Shown one piece after another: positions 30,767 to 43,208 of a DNA stretch of 64,000 nt; position 1 is the stretch's first letter, and each line of letters begins with the position of its first letter. Source of the stretch: the human T2T-CHM13v2.0 reference genome, Homo sapiens; assembly GCF_009914755.1 (NCBI RefSeq), contig NC_060931.1. One strand, written 5' to 3'. Both the position numbers and the translations under genes were made by a program. The notes beneath the pieces were generated by a model. That model did no database searches. It saw only the letters and a program-made list of their open reading frames with translations, and was not told where the DNA came from.

Positions 30767-31980
30767 AGTTGGATCCTTACTAGTTGCCAGTCTAGCTAGA
30801 CACACGCAGGCATTTCTTTTCTGACTGGTTACAGAGGTGGGAAGGGAGAGTTACTCTTGGGGAAAGAGAGAGAAATTGAGACTAATCCCCATGGGTCTCC
30901 CTGAAAAAGGATACCACTAGGTTCTTCATGCAGGATCTGATCAGTGGCTTTGCTGGGCGAGGAAGACCTCCCAATGTCCAAACTGTCTACAGTCTGTGTC
31001 CTGGTGTGGGACAGTAAGTGTATGTCTGTAGGTGTGCAAAGAGGGGGTGAGATGGAGGGGGTCTTTGGTTTGTTGTGCTGGTAGGTCCCTGTGCTACCAG
31101 GGACCAAATGAAGTGGGACACTAAATTTAAGACAGCTTGTTGCTATTTCAGTCACACTCTCACAAGATGCCAATGATTATTTTTTATTATCAGGCATTCC
31201 CTCACAAATACATTTTAATGAGCTAATAAAATTACTATAAAAATTGTTCTATAAGCATGGAATGGAACTAGAAAAGAAATTTTCCATTTAAAATTTGTTC
31301 AGGTGGCAGCTGTGGAATGTGATGAGAAATATAAGCCTTTGCACACCCTGTTGCTGGGCTCAAGGAGGAGTTAGCTGTCTCCTAGAGATGATCCTTTTGC
31401 AGTTCAGATGGGGAAACTGAGACCCAGAGGGGTTAAGTGGATTTTTCCAAGGTCATACAGCTGGCTAGGGTCAGAGCTGACTCTTAAATCTCTCACCTTG
31501 GGTGTGACCAGACTTGGAAGAAAAAAGCCATTCATTAGCTACCTTATCCCTTCCCATTCACCAAGCAGCTGGGAAAGGATGGCCCAACCTACTAATATCG
31601 CCCAGCATTTTTGATGAATAGCTATGGCTCACTGGGGTCCTCTTTGCAAGTTGTTCTTAGTCTATCTATCCACAATGAATCCTCTTTTCCACTAGATCTC
31701 ATGTCTTGTGTTAGCAAAGGATTTTAAAAGAATGGCTTAGACCTCCATATACACATCAAACGCTGGCTATAATGCCGGAAAGAGGACAAATATCCAGTTT
31801 TTCCAAATTAATTTAGATAGCCATTTTAATAATTTGGGCCCCCATGTGGTTTGTCTACTTTGCCTAAAGAACTATAATGGTACCAGGACAATGAGCTTTG
31901 ACAATTATTCATATACTAAATAATTCAAGAAGAAAAAAATTCTATTGCTTTTGCGTAATGTATATATAGTAATAATTCTT

Positions 31981-32627
31981 TTTTTAAATTTTACTTTAAG
32001 TTCTGGAATACATGTGCAGAATGTGCAGGTTCGTTACATGGGTATACATGCGCCATGGTGGTTTGCTGCACCTGTCAACCCATCATCTAGGTTTTAAGCC
32101 CCACATGCATTAGGTATTTGTCATAATTCTCTCCCTCCCCTAGCCCGCCATCCCCTGACAGGCCCTAATGTGTGATGTTCCCCTCCCCATGTCCATGTGT
32201 TCTCATTGTTCAACTTCCACTTATGAGTGAAAACATGTAGTGTTTGGTTTTCTGTTCCTGTGTTAGTTTGCTGAGAATGATGGCTTCCAGTTTCATCCGT
32301 GTCCCTGCAAAGGACATGAACTCATCCTTTTTTATGACTGCATAGTATTTCATGGTGTATATGTGCCACATTTTGTTTATTCAGTCTATCATTGATGGGC
32401 ATTTGGGTTGGTTCCAAGTCTTTGCTATTGTAAATAGTGCTGCAGTAAACATACGTGTGCGTGTGTCTTTACAGTAGAATGATTTATAATCCTTCGGGTA
32501 CATACCCTGTAATGGGATTGCTGGGTCAAATGGTATTTCTAGTTCTAGATCCTTAAGGAATTGCCACGCTGTCTTCCACAATGCTTGAACTAATTTACAC
32601 TCCCAACAGTGTAAAAGCGTTCATATG
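31981..32627 (-). mobile_element. 5'-truncated L1PA
   Basis: ORF2 C-terminal remnant (ORF 32381-32581) plus 3' UTR; 18-bp TSD TATATAGTAATAATTCTT at 31963-31980 and 32628-32645. Confidence 0.92.
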
Positions 32628-33819
32628 TATATAGTAATAATTCTTATATTTCAGTAAGATTTTTTTCTGACCAACCTAATTAAAATTGCCACCCTTACCC
32701 CAACATTCCTCATTTACCCCCCACTTTTTCTCCATATACTTATACAGTATAACCCAGTGTATATTTATTTATTTTGTTTATTGTCTCTTTTTTCTATTCA
32801 TGGGAACATAAGTCTCATGACGGCAGGGATTTTTATCTGTTTTGTTCATTGTTGTGTAGTCAGTTTTTGAAAGAATGCTTGGCACATTGTAGGAACTTAA
32901 TAAATAATTCATGAATGAATAAATAAACTGCAAGCAGATTTCTTTCTTCCAGAGATGTAGTTTAGATAATGATGAATGATCTTGGCAAATGAGGCACATC
33001 AGTAGCTTCTTCTAGGTCTCCCAGATAATTTAAAACGTGCTATGGGCCATAAACTTAATGTGTTTTTATTTGATAAAACTATAATCTCACAGAAAGCCCA
33101 AGCTGGTGTACACTGTGGGGCATTATAGCATAGAATACAGAGTGATGGTTAAAAGCCATGGCTGTGGAGTCCAAAGGGCAGGTGTTCAAATTGTGGCTTT
33201 GCTCCTTATCAGCTGTATGATGACATCAGGCAGTTTATTTGACGTTTCTGAAGCTTAGTTTTTTCATCTGAAAGTGAGGATAGTAGCCATGATTAACTTG
33301 CAGTCGTTATAAAAATGGCATGTGACAAATTATGGAAACCTCTTAGGATATCTGCTCAATCACTGTTAACCATTATTATCATTAGCATTAAAATTGCATA
33401 GTTATATATTTGTCCTATAAAAAAATAGTCAAAGATTAAGGACAGATTGCCAAGTAGCAGTTTTTTAAAAAACATTTTTAAAAGCCCTTAACCCTATTTA
33501 AATTATTTCCTTTTTTATTTGCGTCTTGCCATTTTTCCTGATCTTAGTTTTTCTTCAATTGCATTTCTAATTGAGATAGGAAGCTTCACCATCAAGAGTT
33601 CTATAATGCAGGAAGTAAGGTCAATCAGATAATGCTGGAGTTTTTTTTAAGGTTTAAGGAAATCTTTCTCTTGTATAGCTAGAAAATAGATATTATTGTT
33701 CCATAGAGCAAGTAACCATATTTGAAAATATGGAGCAAAAGGACTATTAATAAACAGCAAACATGTTTTTAAAAATATGCTAATGATATTTTATTAAAAA
33801 GTCATATTTACCTATGCAT

Positions 33820-34330
33820 ATTGGTTATCTATTGCAGGGTAACAAATTACCTTACAATTTTGTAGTTTAAAACAACAAACATTTATTATCTCCCAATTTA
33901 TGTAGGTCAGAAATATGGGGGTGAGTTAGCCGAGTGGTGCTGATTTAGGGTCTCTCATGAATCCAGCCAATATGTCAGCCAGGACTGTAGTCATGTGAAG
34001 GCTTGAATAGGGGTAGAGGCTTGCTTTCAAGGGACCTCACTCAGATGGCTCTTAGCAGAAGACCTCAGTTCTTTGCTAGAAATTTCCATAGTCCTGCTTG
34101 AATGTTATGATGGCATGGTAACTGGTTTCTTCAGGAAATGATCCAAGAGAAAGAGCAAGGAGGAAGCTGTAATGCCTAGTCTTGGAAGTTAGATGCCATC
34201 CCTTCTCCACATCCTATCTGTTGAAAGTGAGTCACTAAGTCCAGCTCATCCTCAGAGGGTGAGGTGGTGGGGACTCGCCCTACCTCTTGAAGAGAGGAGT
34301 ATCAAATAATTTGTTAAATTAAAAACACCT
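33820..34330 (-). mobile_element. MLT1-type MaLR LTR remnant
   Basis: TTATCTATTGCAGGGTAACAAATTACC...TTTAAAACAACAAACATTTATTATCTC start, typical of MLT1. Confidence 0.65.
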
Positions 34331-35959
34331 GCCGTGTGATGATTTTAAATAACATTGAATTATATTTTACTTCACGTATTTACTGATTGCTGTCTCTATG
34401 GATATTTACACTTTTTTGCTATTACGTGTAATACTGTGATGAAAAACCTTTATTTGTATATACATTGATTCCCAAGTGTGTAAGTGTATTTAAGGGATGA
34501 ATTTCTATAAATGCAATTGCTGGGTAATGGGCATGAGTAATTTTAATAGTTTTTACCAAGTCTTCATTGAGCATAGGGTGTTTATAGTTTGACCAGCAGT
34601 CGGTGGGTGTTTCTTCATAGTGTCTAACATAGTGTGTTAATAAACACTTGGAAAAAAATTAAATATTTTTATAAAAAGCAATCTCACATCTTACAACTAT
34701 TAGCATCTACCAAAGAGGAGGCATGGTCACTTGGATAGACATTCTAACTCCTCTTCTTATCAGTGAACATAAGATTACTCTTTGCTTTATTAGTTAATTT
34801 AATTATACCAGGCATGAGAGATTATTAATCTTTATGGAATTTAACAAGCAAGTTTAATTTTATAGGATTTCTTATGAAGCTCTTTGGAATGTGAGATAGT
34901 GGTGACAGTCATGGTAAGAAAGACTAGAATTGGAGTAATTTATTCTAGAAAACACAAGGCAATCCTTGCTGTAGAGAAAGGTTGCTTTCACAGCTCCATT
35001 TCCTTTTGCATAGTAAGAGGGCATTACGTTGACTAACAGCAGTTTCTTATCAGTGTATGAGAAGTAAGTCCTCTTATTCAACCAATCCTTGGATAAATGA
35101 CTAAGGATGGCTGCTTCCTACTGAAGAGAATGTGGGAGGAAACATTGATTGGGTGGAGAATGAGACCGCAAGGAAATATCAAACAATTCCTAAATTAGGG
35201 AGTCATGAATTAAGACCTCACAGGAGAAGAAGGGTGATGTTCTTTTTGAGTAAAGAGAGTATGATTTACAAGGCAGCCTGGGAAAGCAAGCATTGGTGGG
35301 TTGGTGGAGAAAGTAGGCCTTGTATAGGCAAGACTGTAGCTATGGCTCCTCTTCCTGGCTTTCTGCACCTATGTCCCAGGCAATGCATGAGTCATCCAAC
35401 ACACGGGGCCATAAAGCACTTAATGAAGGTCATACCAGAGCAAGCCAACCAGGACAGCAATCAGCATTGTTCATCAGCTGCTCCACCAGAACACCAAGTC
35501 GGGTGTGGTGACACACTCAGGGAAAGTGGGACTGACATATTTTGTAGGAACATTCTGTTTCTTACCCAGGACCCATTACCTGTCTTCTCTTTGGTAAATA
35601 ATGAGACCTGTGCTTTATGACTTAGAATATTTTTATTTGATTTCCACAATAAGAAGGTGGCAATAGATAATAATAACAAAAGAAATTGTAGTTTCATTTT
35701 ACAGATAAGAAAATTGAGACTCAAGAGTATTACATAAATTGTTTCAGCTACCACAGCAAAAAATGGTATGGTTGGGAATCAAGCTCAGGGATTCTCATGC
35801 TCTATTTAGCACCACCTTCTCTTCTGAGAAGAACTTGGGGATAGAATAAAAAAATAAGACACTAATGAAATGTTTAGCACATGTGTCTTTTGTGAAAGGG
35901 AGAAATAGAGTAGTGTGAGATTTCTGTGACTCACTTGAAAATGACTTTTAAAAACTAAT

Positions 35960-38435
35960 ATAGAAGCCAACATCACCCTGATACCAAAGACAAAGACACA
36001 ACAAAAGAATAAAACTACAGACCAATATCCCTTATTAACATAGATTCAAAAATTCTTGACAAAATACTAACAAACTGAATCCAACAGCATGTGGAAAAGA
36101 TAATAACACCATGATTAGTGAGTTTTATTACAGATATGCAAGGATGATTCAACATGCACAATTCCATAAATGTGATTCATCACACAAACAGAATTAAAAA
36201 CAAAACCCATATGATCATATCAATAGATGCACAAAAAGTATTTGATAAAATCCAGCATTCCTTCATAAAAAAAAACCCTTAAAAACCTTGGCGTAGGGAG
36301 ACCATACCTCAAAATAATGAAAGCCATATATGAAAAACCCATAGCCAAAATCATACTGAACAGGGAAAAGTTCAGTACGATTGAAAGCATTCCCCCTAAA
36401 TGGAGAAAAGACAAGGATGCCCATTGTCACCACTCATATTCAATATAGTACTGGGAGTCCTAGCTGCAGCAGTCAGGCAATAGAAGAAAATAACAGGCAT
36501 CCAAACTGGAAAAAAGGAAGTCAAATTACCTCTGTTCACTGATGGTATAATCTTATACCTAGGAAACTCTAAACCCTTCAAAAGACTCCTAGATTTAATA
36601 AATGACTTCAGTAAAGTTTCAGGACACAAAATTAATGTACAAAAATTAGTAGCATTTCCATACACCAGTAACAATCAGGCTGAGAACCAAATCAAGAACT
36701 CAATCCCATTTACAATAAAATAAAATAAAATACCTAGTAATACATTTGACCAAGGAGGTCAAGGATCTCTACAGACAACTATAAAACACTGATGAAAGAA
36801 ATTGTAGATGACACAAATTGGAAAACATCCCATGTTCAAGGATTGGAGGAATCAGTATCATCAAAATGACCATACTGCCCAAAGCAATCTACAGATTCAG
36901 TGCAATTGTTATCAAATTACCAATATTATTCTTCACAGGTTTAGAAAAAACAATCCTAAAATTCATATGGAACCCTGAAAGAGTGTAAGTAGCCCAAGTA
37001 ATCCAAAGCAAAAAGAATAAAGCTGGAGGTATCACATTACCTGACTTCAAATTACTCTAAAAGACTATAGTAATGCAAACAGCACAGTACTGGTATAGAA
37101 ATAGACATATAAATCGGTAGAAAAGAATAGAGAACTCAGAAACATAGCCAAATACCTACAATCAACTGATTCTTGACAAAAATATGCACTGGTGAAAGGA
37201 CTCCCTATTCAATAAATGGTACTGGGAAAACTGGGATGTCATATGCAGAAGAATGAAATCTCTCACCATGTACAAAAATTAACTCAAGATGGATTTAAGG
37301 CTTAAATGTAAGACCTGAAACTATAAAATTACTAGAAGAAAAATCTAGGAAACACTCTCTGGACATTGGCCTAGGCAAAGAATTTATGACCAAGTCCTCA
37401 AAAGAAACCACAACAGAAACAAAATCAGACAAAAGGGGACTTAATTAAACTAAAAAGCTTCTGCACAGTAAAAAAATAAAATAGAGTAAACAGACAACCA
37501 ACAGAATGGGTTAAAATATTTGCAAACAGTGTATCTGACAAAGGGCTAAGATCCAGAATCTATAAGGAACTCAACAGGAAAAAAAACACATAACCCCATT
37601 AAAAAGTGGGCAAAGGACATGAACAGGTATTTTTCCAAAAAAAAGGCATACAAGTGGCCAAAAAACATGAAAAAATGCTCAACATCACTAATCATCAGAG
37701 AAATGCAAATTAAAACCACAAATGAGATGATATCTTACACTGGTCAGAATGGCTATTATTGAAAAGTCAAAAAACAACACATATTGGGGAGGATGCAGAA
37801 AAAAGGAAATGCTGATACAGTTTTAGTGAGGATGTAAATTAGTACAATCTCTATAGAAAATGGTATGGAGATTTCTCAAGGAACTAAAATTAGAACTACC
37901 CTTCAATCCAGCAATTCCACTACTGAGTATCTACACATAAAAAAATAAATTGTTTTATCAAGAAGACACCTGCAATTGTATTTTTATTGCAGCAGTGTTC
38001 ACAATAGTAAAGTCATGAAATCAATCCAAGTGTTCATCAACAGATGATTGGATTAAAAATGTAGTGTACCTATATGCCATGGAATACTACTCATCCATAA
38101 AAAACAATGAAATCATATTTTTTAGCAACATGGATAGACCTGGAGGCTATTTTTTCTGCGTGAAATGACCCAGAAACAGAAAGTAAAAAACTGCATGTTC
38201 TCACTTATACACGAGAGATAAACAGTGAGTATATATGGACATACAGAGTCATAGACACTAGAGACTCCAAAAGGAGAAAGGGTTAGGGGGGAGGTGAAAT
38301 ACTACCTATTGGGTACAATGTACACTATTTGGGTGATTGGTACACTAAAAGCCCAGTCTTCACCACTATGCATATACATCCATGTAACATAATTGCATTT
38401 GTACTCCTAAATCTATAAAAATTAAAATCAGTACA
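35960..38435 (+). mobile_element. L1PB-type fragment (3' half of ORF2 plus 3' UTR) in MGAM intron 1
   Basis: Decayed RT-region sequence and an L1PB-like 3' UTR (GGGTACAATGTACACTATTTGGGTGA...AAAAGCCCAG). Confidence 0.85.
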
Positions 38436-39266
38436 AAATATTTTTAAAAAGTGAAAAAAATGCTGGTAGGAATATCATAGATCTTCTAGTTCAATTTATT
38501 TCCTTTGTAAATGAGAAAACTGAGAATGAGAAAGCTTAAGTAAATTTTCCAAGGTAGTCTAGCTGGTTATTTTCAGAATGAAGATTGCAAAAAAGAGAAT
38601 TAACTAGATTTAAAGTCTCCTGGAAGATGCTATATCATCTATGTACCATTCTTGCTAAAAAATCAAACTTAAATCTGATAAAAACTCTAAAGCTAATAAT
38701 TAATTTACAGGAACTATAAGGGTAGAGAAACATGTTAGCATGCATAGAGATGTAATCAACAAAATTCAGATTGCAGGAAAAATCTACAGAACAAATTCTG
38801 TTTATTAAAAAATACATAACAGATATAAACCAATTACAAGAGATAAATCTTACTTGCATCCTCAGGAGAGCAGAACAAATTATAAAAGTTTATCAGACAA
38901 TGAAAGAAATTTTAAAATTCACTAGATATTTGATGACAGTAAATTATTATAAACATATATTAGGTATGATAATATTTTGCCTTTTGCAAAATTTCTTATC
39001 TTTTAAAGAAACATACTATTTTTAGATTAAAAGACATGAGACCTGAGATTTGTTTCAAAGTAATTCAGGGGTAGGGAGAAAAGTGGACCAGAATAAGGAC
39101 AGAATGAATTGGCCATGAGCTGATAATTTTTTAATTTAGATAATGGATGCTTGGGAGGCTTGTTATAGTATTCATTGCATACATTTGAGCTTTTCCATTA
39201 AAAATCTTACTAGTTATATAGTAAATCAAATTCAAATCTAAAATTGTTTTCTCTTACATTTTAGAG

Positions 39267-39393
39267 ATGGCAAGAAAGAAGCTGAAAAAATTTACTACTT
39301 TGGAGATTGTGCTCAGTGTTCTTCTGCTTGTGTTGTTTATCATCAGTATTGTTCTAATTGTGCTTTTAGCCAAAGAGTCACTGAAATCAACAG
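39267..39393 (+). CDS. MGAM: MGAM exon 2, coding part (exon starts 39265): cytoplasmic tail and type II signal anchor
   Basis: ttttag|AG ATG GCA... translates MARKKLKKFTTLEIVLSVLLLVLFIISIVLIVLLAKESLKST; donor CAG|GTAAGA; 127 nt, phase 1. Confidence 0.97.
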
Positions 39394-39711
39394 GTAAGAA
39401 GTAACTCTGGGGCTCTCTCCATATGTTGTTTTTATTAGAGCAAACCTTCAACAATGTCAGGAAAGTAATGCTTTCATGCTCATGTGTGTATGTGTTTGTT
39501 GCGGGGGCTGTTATATGTGTGTGTTCTATGTGTTTTGGACAGCTCAGTAGATATTCATTGTAGGTTTAAGTTCTGATACTTTGATTTATCAATTAATGCA
39601 TTGCAGAATTCCATAATTGACTTTTTAAAAATATTTGCCAAATTTCCTTAAATAAGTCTAATTCTGCTAAGAATGATAATTAACAATACCCTTATGTGAA
39701 AGGCAAGCGAG

Positions 39712-41019
39712 TATATGAGAGACTTCAAGCAGTTTGTGGAAAAATAGAAATATAGAAATAAAAAGAAAGCTAGAAAGATAAAAATAAAAAAAACTTTATT
39801 TCTCAGTGTAAACTCCATCAAGTTCAAGACACTTTTGTAAAAGATGATACCAGCCATTTAGTCCATCCATAAGAACTGAGGGTCCTGGGAATTTAACCTT
39901 TGTAATGCAGTCTTTTTTACATTATTAACTGAAAAAAATGAATGCCCTTTATAGATTTTTTTTTAAGATTAGGAAACTAAAAGAAGTCAAAAGGAGCCAA
40001 ATAGGAACCATAAGGTGGATTTCCCATCAAAACTCTTGCAAAATTGCCCTTGTTTGATGATGAAATTAGCAGGAGCTTTGTGGTGGTGGAGAAGGACTCT
40101 CCGTGAAGCTTTCCCGGGCATTTTTCTGCTAAAGCTTTGGCAAACTTTCTCAAAGCACTCTCATGATGAGCAGATGTTACTGCTCTTTGGCCCTCCAGAA
40201 AGTCAACAAGGAAAATGCCTTGAGTATCCCAAAAAACCGTTATGTGACCTTTGCTCTTGACTGGTCTGCTTTTGCTGTGACTGGGCCACTTTCCCCTCTT
40301 GGGAGCCATTGCTTTGTGCTTTGTCTTAAGGCTCATACTGGTAAAGCCATGTTCCATCACCTGCTACAACTCTTGGAAGAAATATTTCAGAATCTTGATC
40401 CCCACTTGTTTAAAATTTCTGTTTAAGGTTCTGCTCTTGTTTGCAGCTGATGTGGGTGCAACAATTTTGGTACCCGTAGAGCAGAAAGTGTGCTCAACTT
40501 TCATTTTTCAGTCAGAACTATATAAGCTGAACCAATTGAGACATCTGTGGTTTTGACTATTGTTTCTGGTGTTATTTGTCAGTCCTCTTCATTAGGGCAT
40601 GAAAAAATTAATTTTTATCTTCACAAATGGATGTGGATGGTCTGCTGCTGTGCGCTTCATCTTCAATATTGTATTGGCCCTTCTTAAAATAAGTTATTCC
40701 TTTGTAAACTGCTGATTTCTTTGGGGCATTGTCCCCATAAACTTTTTGTGAGTATCAGTGATTTCACCATTTTTCCACCCAAGCTTCACCGTGAGTTTGA
40801 TGTTTGTTCTTGTTTCAATTTTAGCAGAATTTATGTTGCTCTGATAGGTGCTCTTTTCAAATTGATGTCTTATCTTTCCTAGTGCCTCAAGCTAAGTCCT
40901 GTTCAGACATGTTGTAACAATCTACTTTGAGTTTATTTTAGTACCAAAAATATTTGAAATTTATACATAGTTTTTTCATAATACATATTTTTCATGGACT
41001 TTCTGAAGACCCTCATCTA
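39712..41019 (-). mobile_element. Full-length HSMAR2 mariner DNA transposon (~1.3 kb) with decayed transposase
   Basis: Degenerate TIRs (TGAGAGACTTCAAGCAGTTTGTGGAAAA and TTTTCATGGACTTTCTGAAGACCCTCA). The minus-strand ORF 39977-40360 contains VFWDTQGIFLVDFLEGQ...ALAEKCPGKLH and PPYGSYLAPFDFF (the YSPDLAPSDF motif). Confidence 0.88.
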
Positions 41020-41702
41020 ATCAAACTTTTTTTGTTTATTGAATTTTTATATCCTCAAAAGGAGCTGGATTATGCTGAATTATCCATGGTTTCTTATCTG
41101 ATTCATCTAGGATCAACTTCCTAGGAGAACCAGGCAATCAAGTGTTAACCTGTGGCTTCTCTGCCCCTCCTACCCCATCCCTTGTTACAACAATATCTAC
41201 TTTTTGTAGAAAAAAGTCCCAAAGATTGCTCAACTCTTAAAATTATGTGATTCTAAAGATGTAACTAAAACCATTATGCAGACATTGGCACAATTTGAAT
41301 TTGAAACCCCCAATGAAAAGAAAACCAATCAAAAGACACTGTTTTGTCTTAATGTCATTATTAATTTATTGCAGAATACCTTCAAGAAAGCTCACCTCCT
41401 TATTTTAGGATACAATAAAAATACCTTTTCTAATTTACTGATTTTTAAATCTGAATTCAAAGTTCACTAGCCCTTAGGTAAGTCCTAGCTGTCAGTTTTT
41501 AGAGTGGTGGCCTCCCTTTACATCTTTTGTCATATAGGACTTTGTATTTACAGAAGAATGGCATTGCTCAGAAGCATTCTTTGACTTGGGGATTGGCTGT
41601 TGACTGAGCAAGCAAAGCTGAGGTTACTATAATTAGGATGACACTTGTACTGCACATGTTCTGTGTGCCCTTGCTGCTGGGGTTGGAAGTAAAGAATCAG
41701 AT

Positions 41703-41940
41703 CAGAGGTCTTCAGACTTTACTGTAAAGGACCAGATAGTAAATATTTTAGATTTTGTGGGCCATACAGACTCTGCCATAATGACTTAATTTTGCCCTAG
41801 TAGCACAAAGCAGCTAAAAACAAACGAGTTTGTAATGTGTATAATATGTAATGTGCATGTGTGTAATGTTCCAGTAATACTTTGTTTGTAAAACAGGCTT
41901 TGACTTAATTTGGCCTGAAGGCCATAGTTACTGACCCCTA
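41703..41940. mobile_element. MER58A-like hAT element
   Basis: CTGTAAAGGACCAGATAGTAAATATTTTAG...GGCCATAGTTACTGACCCCT. Confidence 0.8.
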
Positions 41941-42186
41941 GACTAAAGGAAGGGTGGTCCCCACCTTCATGAGCTTCTAGTCTAAAGGCGGAGTCCTTGC
42001 TCTTATACATACTATCTTGTAGGGGAGGGAGTTGGGAGTAGAAGGAGATGATATAGAGATACACAAAGGTAAATACAGTCAGCAGGAACAAAGTGACATT
42101 TTATAAAGTGAATGCATAAATTTTGAGGTCATCAGAGTGAAGCCTACTCAGTAGTGGAGTTAATTGGAGGTGTTGAGAACTATTGA

Positions 42187-42444
<258 letters not shown>

Positions 42445-43144
42445 TGAGTTATGAATTTTGTTTCCATTTTAGAATTTATGCAACTTGATAGTTTATTTTT
42501 TTTTGTTGTTTTGTTTTGGTTTTCTTTATTAGTGACTCTCAAGAGAGGTGTTTATGTTGCAGCCATTAGTGGCTCAGGCAAATTAACCTGTGTCCATGCT
42601 TGTATGACAGTGCAGCTTCAGGAAAGGAAGACCTGGAAAATTCCCTTGGGTTGCCAGATTCAGCAAATAAAAGTGCGGTTGCCCAGCCAAATTCAAATTT
42701 CAGAAAAACAATGAATAAGCTTTTAGTATAAGTGTGTCCCGTGAAAGATTTTGGGCTTACTTACTAAAAACGTATTTGTCTTTTATATGGCAACACTACA
42801 TGATTACTAGTTCTTTCTGACTCTGTTCATGCCCTGTATGTCTCTCCTCCTTTCAGAATTTCCAAAGCTCATCTAGAATCTGCAGTAAAAATTCACAAAA
42901 CATTATTTAAAATAAGGGCAAAGTTTCAAGAGCTCTGTTTTGGAAGGAAGAAGGTAATGAATACCAGATTAAAGACAGTGCAGACATCTGGGCATTTACC
43001 TTAGCCCAGTGTTTCTAGATTATCGGCTGAAGTCCACCTGATTATGATGATTATAAAGTACTTGCCCACACCCTATGTTTGATGTGCCAAATTTACAGAA
43101 AGTTGATGCACATGCATTTACTTTCCCTGTCATATTGTGCAAGT

Positions 43145-43208
43145 TACTCAATAGCTCAATTGAGCTGTACTCAATAGCTCACTCAAGCTGTACTCAATAG
43201 CTCACTCA
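43145..43208. repeat. 23-bp tandem repeat, about 2.8 units
   Basis: TACTCAATAGCTCAATTGAGCTG / TACTCAATAGCTCACTCAAGCTG / TACTCAATAGCTCACTCA. Confidence 0.9.

Noticed and set aside
35132-35620. 162-aa ORF in MGAM intron 1
   Set aside because: GTG start, no recognisable homology, no convincing exon boundaries.
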